A stretch of 64,000 nucleotides of DNA from Podarcis melisellensis. Taxonomy: Eukaryota. The DNA is taken from the NCBI GenBank assembly GCA_964234715.1, contig OZ174283.1. One strand, 5' to 3'. A program made the translations under genes and the position numbers. This document shows, one piece after another, positions 22,973 to 47,000 of this stretch (position 1 is its first letter; every line of letters begins with the position of its first letter). The notes under the pieces are model-generated. The model worked only from the letters and a program-made list of their open reading frames with translations, did no database searches and was not told the origin of the DNA.

Positions 22973-25900
22973 ATGTTACTGTTGGATTGCAACACAGAGG
23001 TAATGCTTGGAAAGCCTTTCTTTTTAATGTGTTTTTAGATTTCTAGATGTTAACATTGCTGGTTAAACGCAGACTTTTAAGATCAATGAGAAGTCATACT
23101 TCTGCAATGCAGCAAATGCTTCATCATTTTCATCATAATTTATTGGGAAACTTGGCTTTTGCTACTGAGGGGGTGGTAAATCACATTTAGGAACAATAAA
23201 TGTTTCAAACATTTATCTGACTTGTAGGCTGATGGGCAGAGCCACCTTCTGGAAGCTGGGACTGAAGTGAATTTAGCTGCTGATGGATTTTGTCAGTCCC
23301 CAGCTCATCTGGCTGCTTGTGGAGGACATGCTTTCTTCCTACTTTGGCAACAGCAGACAGGAGCCAATCTGAACCAACAGGTATAAATTATGTTTTCTAT
23401 TTTTCAGGAAGGCAGTCCGGTTCTAACAGACCCCATCCTCTTAAACAATAGCTGTCCATTCTAGTGTAACACTTAACACTACGAACAAGGTTGATGCAAA
23501 GCTAGATATGCTAGAATAGTTTTGATAGTACTCCGGTTTAGCATATACTAGGTGCCATTGTATAGCAAAATGTAAAAAATCACTATTTGGGGAGAGAGTA
23601 AGTTTGGTTACAATGCACATATTTTCCCAGTGGGGCCCAATCCAGAGAACTGTGGGCTGTATGTCTAATTCTGTTGCAGGAGTTGGTCTTGGTTTGTGAA
23701 TTGTGCCCTTAAAGATAAGGATTTTTGGATTGGAGATTGTGGCAATTTTAAGTAGTACAGCACTACGCTAGAGATCCCCACCACTTTTATAGTAACTGAT
23801 TACAAACATTATGTATGGCTGTGCTTACAAAAGGAAACCTCTCTATTTATTCAGGACTGGATTGGGGAAGCTCCAATTCACAAGGCAGCTAAAGTTGGGA
23901 GTTTGGAGTGTCTCACTTTGCTGGTTGCCAGTCATGCTGACATTGAGTAAGTGTACAAATTCAATTACTAATCACATAATGTATCCAAACAAAGCTATGG
24001 TGTTTATATTGAGGAAATGTGAATGGAGATTTGAATATGAATCCTAAAGTTAGCAACAACAACAAAAATAGCTATTACTGATCTCTTTAGTTTTGGGAAA
24101 CAATGCAAGGGGAGGGGGATTATTACAGTGGAGTTATTTTGATTAAATAAAATATGCTGTACAAGTTTGAATTGCAGTTTAATTTACGAATAATCACTTG
24201 CACACAACTTTTACAATGGCCTTTGAGGCAAGTTTGGTAAAGGATGGAAATTTAGGTCCCGATATACTTTAGTTAGATATACTTAAGTTTTACTGAAATC
24301 AAGGGGGCTTAAAATTAGCTATGCCTAAATTGTCATGTTGATTTCAACATAACAATCATGACCCTTAGTTAGATCAGAGCCATGTAGCTCTATCTTACAC
24401 ATTTAGCCAGAAGTAGGTCCTATTGGATTCAATGTAATTTATTCCCCCCAAAACAATGCAAAGGATTCCCAACTAAACTTATTGAGACCCACTTTTGGGT
24501 ATTTAGAGAATTGCACTCTTAAAAGTGTTTTTAAAATTCATAATAGTTCACTTAACACTTGTTATTTCACTTTACTTTATCAATAATAATCATTCAGTCA
24601 AATGTATTGATTTTGTTTTAATTCTCTTTTCTTAGCTTGTGCAATAAGAATGGTGAAACAGCAGAAGACCTTGCATGGGCTTTTGGATTTTTGGACTGTG
24701 CACAGTTCCTCAGGAAAATGAAACACATTCAAAACAGGAAAGCAATAACACAGCTTAGTTACTCTCTGCATGGTGACAGCTTGCTTAAAGACACAGAGGC
24801 AAGACAGAAACGAGCATATGAAAGCAAGGGATCCATAAGCAAGAAGAGAAGGAGATCAAATGGTATGGCATTTAGCTTTCACTAGACAACAGATACAAGG
24901 CAGCTTCTTCAAAGCACAATGTTTTATCTGACACAACTTCTATCTGATAAAAGATGTATCAAACAGGTACAGTGAAAATGGACATATTCATTTGTATAGT
25001 AGGCTAGCTTACACACCCACACCCCTCTAACCTGGCAAGCAAGAAACCAGAGTTCAAGGGCATGTTCCAGCCATGCAAAAACACTCAGGTGGAGGGTGGG
25101 GTGGAGATGAAGCACAACTGGTGTGATGTGTGGCCTGGAGAGAGCCCCAGGACCAGACGGGAAGGCCTGGAAAGCCACATTTGACCCCTGAGCCCAAGGT
25201 TTCTCACCCCTGCCCTAGGACACTTCAATCACAGTAGTGCAAGTACAAAATATACAGTGGTGCCCCGCAAGACGAACGCCTCGCAAGACGAAAAACCCGC
25301 TAGACGAAAGGGTTTTCCATTTTGGAGGCGCTTCGCAAAACGAATTACCTTATGGGGTTGCTTCGCAAGGCGAAAAAAATATTGCATCCCCCCGTGGGTT
25401 TTTTTCGCTTTTTTCACCCTTTTCTTAAGCCGCTAAGCCGCTTATCAGCTGTTCCGCTGATAAGCCGCTTAACAGCTGATCGCTGGAAGCCGCTTGACAG
25501 CTGTAGCGCTAATCCGCTAAGCTGTCAATGGGCTTGCTTCGCAAGACGAAAAAACCGCTAGACGAAGAGAATCGCGGAACGAATTCTTTTCGTCTAGCGA
25601 GGCACCACTGTATTTCAGATACTGTTAGTTATGCAACCTAATCCTGAACAGGCTTACTCAGAAGTAAGCCCACTCGATTTTAGTGGAAATTCCTAGTAAG
25701 AGTGTTTAGTATTACTGTCCCAGTCTAGGAACCCTATCCGTCCTCCTTAATCAGCACCCATTTAATATTACCTCCTCCAATGTGAGGAATACAGATTGCA
25801 CACTTATATAACATTATATACCAAGTGTCATTTCCTCACCACACAGCAATATGCACTTAGAATTAAGGATAAGGGCTCCTTCCAGGACAGGTAACAGGTA

Positions 25901-26492
25901 TTTCATGTATCTGCCTAGGCCTTCTCAAAAGGTAAAGGTAAAGGTAAAGGTACCCCTGCCCATACCTTCTCAACTCTTTTAAAGGCTACCGCAGCCTCTC
26001 TTGACATTTTGAGAACACAGCCCCAAACAATTTTTAAAAATGTTTACAGTTCATAGCCATATTATTGTGTTCTTATGCTGCTACTGTATAGCTGGTCATC
26101 TCCACTCATTTTAATTGGATGATTTGTTCTGTGTGTTCAACCGTTGCTTTTGTTTTGTTTTGTTAAAGTTCTAAAGGGGTTTTTTTTGTTTAAAAACTCT
26201 CTATGGTCATTATGCTGCTTATATAAGTTGGAAAAATGACATAAAATGTTCTAAACAGAAAAGAAAGCTGTAACAACCTTGCCATGGTGAATCTGTATGC
26301 AAGGGGTGGGGGGAGAGCATCTAAGCTGCCAAAGGGAGTGGGAGTAAGCAACTACCTCCCACAAAACTGATTTCTAAGACTGATATATGCCAAGATGAAA
26401 CCGAATGCTATGTATAGGTTAGCAAATGCTTAATTCAGATGCACGATTTATATATGAAATACAAATATTCTCTTTGCATTTAAATAGAATAA
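22973..26492 (+). CDS. ANKRD37: Ankyrin repeat domain-containing protein 37, ~167 aa
   Basis: Exons 22973-22999 (MLLLDCNTE), 23228-23380 (ADGQSHLLEAG...QSPAHLAACGG...GANLNQQ), 23855-23946 (DWIGEAPIHKAAKVGSLECL) and 24636-24862 (LCNKNGETAEDLAWAFGF...KKRRRSN). The first four exons are secure. The probable last exon starts at 26488 (G|AA TAA; AATAAA at 26675). Alternative endings are read-through to TAG 24885 or an acceptor at 27492 or 27572. Confidence 0.9.
25255..25610. mobile_element. Tc1/mariner-type MITE
   Basis: TA|CAGTGGTGCCCCGCAAGACGA...TCGTCTAGCGAGGCACCACTG|TA, with internal repeated CGCAAGACGAA and AAGCCGCT motifs. Confidence 0.85.
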
Positions 26493-27099
26493 AGATGAAG
26501 TCTTCAATGTCACTTGAAAGCCAATTACTGCAAGAAGACGTGTGAACACCAAGAACTTTACAAAGAAATAAGTCTGCATCTCAGAACCAAATATTTTGAA
26601 CAGTGCCTTCTAAGAAGGAGAATGGGTTGCTTCTTGAAGAAGATTTTAAAAAATATTAATTCCTGTATTCACACAATAAAATATATATATGTATAAACTG
26701 TGCCCTCTCTTTCTACCATCTATGCCCCAAGTAACTATGTGACATCTAGCACTGATTTTGTGATTGGTATTTTGTTCCTTCCACAACAAATGCTCCACAT
26801 ATATACACACAAACACACTCAAGGAGTGCAGAGGAACAAAGATGGTCTATTAAAAATTAGCATTGTTATGAGGTCCCAAGATCCACTTTACAATCACCTT
26901 TAACCAGTGTTCAAACAGAGGATTAAAATGTACATGATTTTGTTGAACAGTGTATACTCTGAACAGATATGTATAGGATTGCACTGTTAGGATCAGATTA
27001 TAAATGCAGGAAAGCCAGCTATTAGGAAATAACAATGTTTAATAGTCAGGTTTTATTTGAACCCCCCTCCCATTATTTGGACTCTAATATATTGGATTA

Positions 27100-27462
27100 G
27101 GGACACAGGTGGCGCTGTGGGTTAAAGCCTCAGCGCCTAGGACTTGCTGATCGAAAGGTCGGCGGTTCGAATCCCTGCTGCGGGGTGCGCTCCCGCTGCT
27201 CGGTCCCAGCGCCTGCCAACCTAGCAGTTCGAAAGCACCTCCGGGTGCAAGTAGATAAATAGGGACCGCTTACCAGCGGGAAGGTAAACGGCGTTTCCGT
27301 GTGCAGCTCTGGCTCGCCAGAGCAGCGATGTCACACTGGCCATGTGACCCGGAAGTGTCTCCGGACAGCGCTGGCCCCTGGCCTCTTAAGTGAGATGGGC
27401 GCACAACCCCAGAGTCTGTCAAGACTGGCCCGTACGGGCAGGGGTACCTTTACCTTTACCTT
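27100..27462 (+). mobile_element. Sauria SINE (Squam1), full length, distinct subfamily
   Basis: tRNA head with GGTTCGAATCC, (ACCTTT)3 tail, and 13-bp TSD TATATTGGATTAG (27088-27100, 27463-27475). Confidence 0.92.
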
Positions 27463-27610
27463 TATATTGGATTAGCATATTTATTTTAACAGGTGGAGCA
27501 ACATAATACTATGTTAAGGTAAAATAAATAATCACTGCTTAAGTGTGTTTGTGTACCTATATGTATTTACAGAACTTCCGGTAGTTCACCCTGATCATCT
27601 AAATAGCCAT

Positions 27611-39011
<11,401 letters not shown>

Positions 39012-41021
39012 GGCTCCTCCCACTCAACCTGAGGCAAGGTTAGAGCTGCTCCTCTGCACACGCCCCTAACGAGCTGACACGTCACCCTCTCGCTGCCTCT
39101 CCAGGGCAAAGCAAAGACACCCCTCTGCGTTGTTGTTTTTTAAAAAGCCACCGACGGGCTTGCGTATGCCGTCATCCGGGCTCTTGAACTACATTTCCCG
39201 TCATCCTTTCGGGTTGTGCCATACGAGAGCTGCGGGCGGGGGGGGGGAAGGAAGGAAGTGAAATATTTAATGATGGTGCTTACCCGAATCCATGGCAACC
39301 GCGCATCAACAAAGGGACGCTTCTGCGCAAAGGAGAAATTGGCGCTCATTGTGGATGGAAGAGGGAGACCGAGGAAGTTTCTGCTGCTGAGCCAGAGTAG
39401 CCCATCTTGGTGGGGGGAAAGGGAGGGAGAGAGAGAAAGAAGGTGGGTGACGACAGTTTTTAAAAATCTTTTTCGTATCCTTAAATTTGTATTTTTTTCT
39501 GTTGCGAACCAACCTGGTATTTTCGGATGAGGAGCGGTATACAAATTTAATAAACAACAAAAAGTCAAGGGCTCCAAGCCCTGTTTCCGACAGCTGTGTG
39601 GCATAAATGGTGCAAACTGAAGGAATAATTAGCCTAAATGTAATGCAGTTTCCTCCCTAATAGTGTGTGTGTGCCTTGTGAAGAGAAACTTTAACGTGCA
39701 ACGATAAATGCGTGTCATGTGTATGGATACAGCATTACACGTGTGCGCTTAAGCCTTTCCCGGGGCACCAGGTGGACTGCAGTCATTTTGCCATTTTGCC
39801 CTTGCTATTCTTCCAAGGGCTCACAATTGAATTTGTGCTTCTTTTTTTTACATGTTGCTTTTATTGCTTTATGCCTAATAAGGTACGACTAGTATTTTAT
39901 CCATAGGCATTTAGGATTGTGGCAGACGTTCTTTTTCTTCTACAGTTCTTTCTCAGCAGGTGGTGCAATTCTTTGCAAGCTTAAGTTTTCCTAAGCCTGG
40001 AGGTTCCCTAAGGATTCCGTTCTCCTATGCTTTATTAATGATCTATATAAACCTGCTGGGAGGTTTGGGTAGAAGTGTCATCAATATGCAGATGTATTGC
40101 TCTCCCATACTTTTCCATCTGCTTATTGCAAAGAGGCTGTTGAACTTTTGATTTGGTGTCTCAAGACTGCACTGCTTTTAGCAGATGCTTGTCTGCATGG
40201 TTTTTTAAAAGTCTGCATTGCTGAGGTGCTACAAAGTGCTTCAGTGGTCCCTATTTTGATTTGTGTTGCCTCATCCAGATCCTACCAGATTTCTGAATAT
40301 GATGCACATCCCTAGTAGCTTGTTGCTGATCAATATTTGGAAGACTTTTATATCCACAACATAAAAATCAACAATTTTTATCTGCTTAAACTGCCAGCAT
40401 AATGAAACAGATCATAATAAATGGGTTTTTGAAATCCAGTACTGTATTAACGCTCATAAATCACATAAAAATACTAATATTTGCACATATTAATATATAA
40501 GATGGATTAAAAAACAACAATGAATGGGGTGGGGGGAGAGGAAAGCAAGCATTGGAACAGCCTAAGGCTATGCAGTGAATTTGTGTTTGAGGTGAGGCTT
40601 GAGCCATTTCTGTACTTCAATTTGCCCAATCCGAGCTTGGTATATTTCCTGAATTACTTATTGAGACAAAAAGTACGATCAGCTATGTACATGCCAGATT
40701 GGTGGTATAATTCTAGGTGTGTGAGCCTGAGGGAGAGCAATACATCAGTTGGATCAGAGAGTCTGATAAAATAGGTTCAAATGAATTTACTGCTGCTTCA
40801 TCCGCTGTGCCAAAGAGAAACTAAAAATTCTGTATCTTAATTTTAAATTTGCTACTGAGTTCTGCTGTCTGTTTAAACCAGTATTTTCAGCAGTAAATTG
40901 ACAGTGATTGTTTTGTAAATGTCTTGAAAACTGACATGTATGAATCCATCTCTTTTTCTCTAGGCATTGTAAGGCATCTGCACATATTCTAGAGTAGTGG
41001 GGTTATCACACAAAAGTAAAC

Positions 41022-44000
41022 ATGCCTTCAGAAACAGGAAAATCAGACATGGAGAGGATTGGCCTCTTTAGTGAAATGGAATATGTTACTATTGGGGATA
41101 AATATGTCTCACCATTTAACCGTAAGTATATTTTTTCTCATTTTACAATACTGTGGTTTTTCTTTCTGGGGAAAAAAACTTCAAAACTATGAACGGGTTA
41201 TAGCAAGGAAAATAAAACAGGTATGTTTGAAATTAACTCCTCATTAAACATGAGAAATGTTTAAAAATTGCTTTGATGAATCTTTCACTGTGTAAGCCTC
41301 AAATTAATAAAGGCAACATAATTTTTAAAATTGTGCCAATGTTTCCAGGACACTGCATATGTATAGCAGCATGAGTTGGAAGCACTGCTTTGGTAGTAGC
41401 TAGTAGTATTTGTTAGTTTATTTGCTTTATTTAACCAATCCAGTTTGCAGCATGGGAACTTGGGTAAAACTGCAGTGAAGAAGGCACTGTTGGCCAATTA
41501 CATCGTGCTGTTGGCCAATTACATTAGTGCAGCCTATATGCTGAAGAATAGATGCTTTTGAATTATGGTGGTGAGGAGACTCTTGAGAGTCCCATGGACT
41601 GCAAGAAGATCAAACATATCCATTCTGAAGGAAATCAGCCCTGAGTGCTCACTAGAAGGACAGATCCTGAAGCTGAGGCTCTAATTCTTTGGCCACCTCA
41701 TGAGAAGAGAAGACTCCCTGGAAAGGACCCTGATGTTGGGAAAGATGGAGGGTACAAGGAGAAGGGGACGGCAGAGGATGAGATGGCTGGACAGTGTTCT
41801 CGAAGCTACCAGCATGAGTCTGACCAAACTGCGGGAAGCAGTGGAAGACAGGAGTGCCTGGCGTGCTCTGGTCCATGGGGTCATGAAGAGTTGGACACGA
41901 CTAAACAACAACAGCAACATATGTCTATATATTGTAATAGGAAATGGCAGTGGGTTTGTGGCTATTAGGCAGGATAGAGATGTCCCAATGCTTTACAAAG
42001 GGTGCCACTCGAGTTCTGCACTGTATGCCACCACATAGAATTGAGAAAGTAGCCTCTCTAAACTTCACCCACAACAATTGGGGACTTTTCTTACAAAAGT
42101 ACTTGGATTGAAAGCAATTCACGCATACTTCTTTGCAATTAGAATATTTCATAAAACAATAATAACTTCCATCAGGGTCCTGATTATCGGAGAGGAACTT
42201 TTCTTTCTTTACCAGTTCCTGGGCAGTTTAATCCCCAATTCTTTTAGCCCTACATGATGTTATTCTCCCATGTAATTAAAATTATTTTATATATACTGGG
42301 AAATGTGTTTTGAAGACAGTCTTTTTCTGCTATTGCTTGGAGAAACGCCCTGTTCAAATGGAACCAGGACACAGTTGACCTTTCTCACTTCCTAGTTTGT
42401 GATAATTATGGTTTCTTGTTATGTCTGAATGAGGCAATCTGTGGTTTTGTCCAGATCTGACTGGACTTTCTGCCCCATCATCCTTCAGTTAAACTTCTGT
42501 ATGGTTAACCAAATTCTAGGCTCAATAATTGTCAAACTAAGGGGCCCTGAGAATATTTTTGCAACAGCATTCATTATTTTGGTGTAGTAGTAGATCTTTA
42601 GATTGTGTTAAAATCTATTCCTGGCGTCTATTCCTCAGAAACAAATTATGTTCTTACAGGGGAAAAGGGCCAAAAATCTCTAACTAGAGATTCCGTATGG
42701 TCATATTACTACCCTCTACTTGGAGGCAGGGTCAGGGTCTTTAGTTTAGAACAAATGTTCACGGTTATTACTTTTCAGCGCATCTTGAAGATATATAGCT
42801 TATTGTAATGCCATATTGGCATAGATGTAGTAGCAGTTCATGCCCTAGATTGCTTCTACATAGTTCAAGAGTCTGAAAATCTGGCACAAGATGTAAATAT
42901 CTAAAAATTAAAACTAAGTAAAGCCACACCCATTAAACCAAAACTGACAGCACTAACTTGTTTTAAAGGCCCCTTTAATGAAGCTGCAAGCAAGAACAAG
43001 CAAATGTTACCAGGGGGTAACAAAGAGAAGGCAGCTACGCAGGCAGGTTACTTTGACCCTGTATATGCAAGAATTTTTGAAGGTGAAAGCTATTTGAATC
43101 CTGTTCAGCTAAGGAGAAGATACCGAATGGCAGAGTCAAAGAAAAACCTGAGCAAACCCTTCCTTCCTAGTAATGGAGAGAAATATCCGTAAGTGCTGGG
43201 GAAAGGCGTTAATTTTGGTCCTCATATGGGTTCTATTTATTTTTACATGTTAAATTAAAGTAACTTTAGAAACCTTGAAAGATTCTTTCATTAGGCTTTT
43301 ATTTCTTGCTAAAATAAATGTATTTACTTCTGAATTTTATACAGTGGTACCTCAGGTTAAGTATTTAATTCGTTCCGGAGGTCTGTTCTTAACCTGAAAC
43401 TGTTCTTAACCTGAAGCACCACTTTAGCTAATGGGGCCTCCTGCTGCTGCCGCACTGCTGGAGCCCGATTTCTGTTCTTATCCTGAAGCAAAGTTCTTAG
43501 CCTGAAGCACTATTTCTGGGTTAGCGGAGTGTGTAACCTGAAGCGTATGTAACCTGAAGCATATGTAACCTGAGGTACCACTGTATATACCTATAGTCCC
43601 ACAGTTTCTATGTCACCCACCACCACTGTGCATCACAATTTTTTCTTTTCTATGAAAGGAGAATAAACAGCTAGTGGAATGGAAAATGTTCAGTGTTCAT
43701 GAGCACACAGATTAGTTATTTCTCATAGAGGAACCAGGGAAGCTTGCATGCCTTGGGCTCTAAATTACAGGCCAGGGTCTTGTGGGAAGACCTTAGGTCT
43801 TTCATTTAGTGACCCTGAAAATGAAGCAGTTCTCGACAGAGTTGGTAATCAGTGGATTAATGTGGCTTGGAGAGGAATATAGAAGAAGAAATGACCAATG
43901 TCTTTTACTCCACTGACACATGTGCCACAAATGCCTTCCCCCCTCTGGGGCTGCTTATTTTAATTTCTACAAACTTTCTCAAACTTCCCAGGAGCCATTT

Positions 44001-47000
44001 CTAGGATACAATATGAGAATGCAGCTATGGCAGCCGAAGGCACGTGCAGAGAGATGAAGGGGAATCATTTGGAGATGGCTGTCTGTTGTCCTCTATTCCC
44101 ACAGGATAACCCAGGCATTAGCCCTTGTCAGGGGGAAAAAGGGATTCTGAGCATGATGGGGCTTCTGGTCTGATATAGTACGTTAATTCTTTCATTGCTA
44201 ACCAAACCAAATATTAATATTAAAATGCAGCACTAAATAAAAATAAGCAGCCAACCACTGGCAAATACAGATGTTTGAATAAGGTTTTGAGCATCCAGTG
44301 CTATCCTATACTACTCAGAAAGTCCAGCTGAGTTCAGTCGTGGTCACTGGGGAAGAAAGACAGCTTATGTATGCTCATTTTCTTACCCTGAAACTCCCAT
44401 CACCTCCCCAGTTGCTCTAGAGGATTGAGGGACCCTTTAGATCAGCACAGGAGGTGGCACAGAGTGCTTGCCTCTGTGTGTGTGTGTGTGGGTGGGTGTG
44501 TTTCATTGAAAATAGCATCCCACTCCACTGATGAGAGCCGCTACTGAATCAAAGAACCTTTTGTCCCTGGAGGGAAAACCCTGGAGGGACACAATACTTA
44601 AGGCAATATTAAAGTTAGCAGTGTTTCACTCCAACAACATTTGGAGGGCCACAGGTTCCTAAGTTGCAAATTTAATGGATAAATATTTGCTTATTTGTTT
44701 TTTTTACTTATTATTTCAGTTGTGGTATCGGAACCTACTATGGAACAATCGGTGGCCCATGTGCTTACTTCAGTGCGCAAGCAAAAGACAAAGTGCCATA
44801 TGTTGCACCTGGGAAGAATCTGTATACCAATCCAGGGAAGAAGGGGACTGGCTACGGGTAAAACATGACATCAACTTTCTAGAGTTGTAATAGTCTCTGA
44901 TATGTTTTCTTGAATTTTAGAGGCTTTTGAATGTTGGTGTCACCATTCTTTTCTTTTCTTTACCCAGGTATGCAAATCTTACCATAGGTAAACCATACCC
45001 ACACTCAGTGGAATTGTATGACACAGGAAGGATAAACTTTAAGGTAAATTTCTGTTGGATTTCCATTTAATTAATGTCTGTGAATAGAGAACATTACCCT
45101 GTTTGACATGACCAGATCTTAGTTTGCTCTGTTCTAATGAGACTGTACCTAATTCATATTTCTTTTGTAAAATGAACTAGTTAAGACTGTTAGCTCTTTG
45201 TTGTTTCAGCTTGCTGATTAAAAAAATGGGAATTGTTCCACTGTAGCATTCTTTCTGTTTTATAAGAATTTTTATTAGTACTTTCTAAATGTGCATAGTT
45301 TATTATTTAGTATCAGCAATGTGCTAGGTAGCAAGGTATACAGCCCTCTCTGCCCCGTACTGAGACTGACCTGATCATTTTGCTGGATTACTGTCTTGGG
45401 GGGGGTGTTTGGGGGGGATACACCCCATTAGAGCCCTCTTAGACCTAACATTGTAACTTGAACTCATAGTCTGAGCCAACCACAATATGTTTGAAATTAG
45501 TCTACTATGAACGAAAAAATCGCAAGATGAAGCAACTCGCGGAACGAATTAATTTCGTCTTGCGAGGCACCTCTGTATCTAGTTTGCATGGTACCTGTGT
45601 GAAGCTTTTGAGGAATATGATACTGTTCCAGCAACCCCAATGATTAACCCCAATGATTAATCTGAGGCAGTCCAAAGCTAGGCTGATTATTCTTTTTCCT
45701 ATAAGCATTCATTATTTGGATCAAGAAGGAAAGATATCATTTCCTCCATTCTGCAGCTCTGCCACGGTACACATTTGGTACAAATCATGTGTTAGCCTTC
45801 CGATATAAGCCTTTGACATATACCATGGATTGGGACTCTACCCCTCCAGAGGTCTTACCTGGGCTTATTTTGTTCTGGGCTTATTCTGTATACCACCTTG
45901 ATATCTGATTGATGAAGGGTGGCTTTAAAATCAATGGATGGATGGATGGATGTTGTTGGCTAGTGGTTTGGGATGGTGAACTACAGGTGTCCCACTCCTG
46001 GCATGTTCAGATCGCTAATGTTGTTACACATCTGCATCTACTTTGTAGCATTTATTGCATTATCATCTCAAACAGTGCAGTCCTGTGCATGCGTTTGTTC
46101 AGTTTAGTAAGGCTTACTATCAGATAAGTAAACATAGGATTCCAGCCATAAATTATTTCCTAGTCATTCCCTATTGAAAATAATCTTAACTAGAAGTACT
46201 CAATGTGATATCTTTCCTCTCTGGTTTACACAGAAAATGAGTGAAGAACACCACCGTTTGATGAAAGGTGGAGCTTTCAAGTTGAATCTTTACCCACGAG
46301 AATATTTTGATGTAAATCCTTACCATGATGACAAACCATTGCCACCACCAAAGAAACAACCCCCGCCAGCACCAGTTACCCATCCATTTAAGCCAACTTC
46401 TCCTGCAAAGAAGGTGCAGTTGTTCTCTAAAAACATTTCTTCTTTGTCTTTTAATTTTTATTGCAGACATTTTCATTTAGCTACAAAGAGAAGATGGGTG
46501 TGATTACTTTTGTTGCAGTTTAGAGAGCTATTTTGAATGGTGGAAACATAAATAAGTTTGAAAAATGGATTTTACAATTATTTAATCAAATAGCATTTTG
46601 TTTAGAGCCAGTGTGGTGTAATGGTTAAGAGCGGTAGTCTCGTAATATGGGGAACCGGGTTCGCGTCTCCGCTCCTCCACATGCAGCTGCTGGGTGACCT
46701 TGGGCCAGTCACACTTCTCTGAAGTCTCTCAGCCCCACTCACCTCACAGAGTGTTTGTTGTGGGGGAGGAAGGGAAAGGAGAATGTTAGCCGCTTTGAGA
46801 CTCCTTAAAGGGAGTGGAAGGCGGGATATCAAATCCAAAATCATCATCTTCTTCTTCTTCTTCTTCTTCTTCTTCTTCTTCTTCTTCTTCTTCTTCTTCT
46901 TCTTCTTCTTTGTTTAAAGATAGTGCTAAAAGTAAGTGGGAAATATCTACAAGTCCTGAAGTGATTTGTTGTTATTCTTAGGTCTTATCTGACATGTTTC

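Noticed and set aside
25255-25610. CRISPR-like short repeats (CGCAAGACGAA, AAGCCGCT)
   Set aside because: Irregularly spaced internal repeats of a TA-flanked MITE in a vertebrate intron, with no spacers or cas genes.
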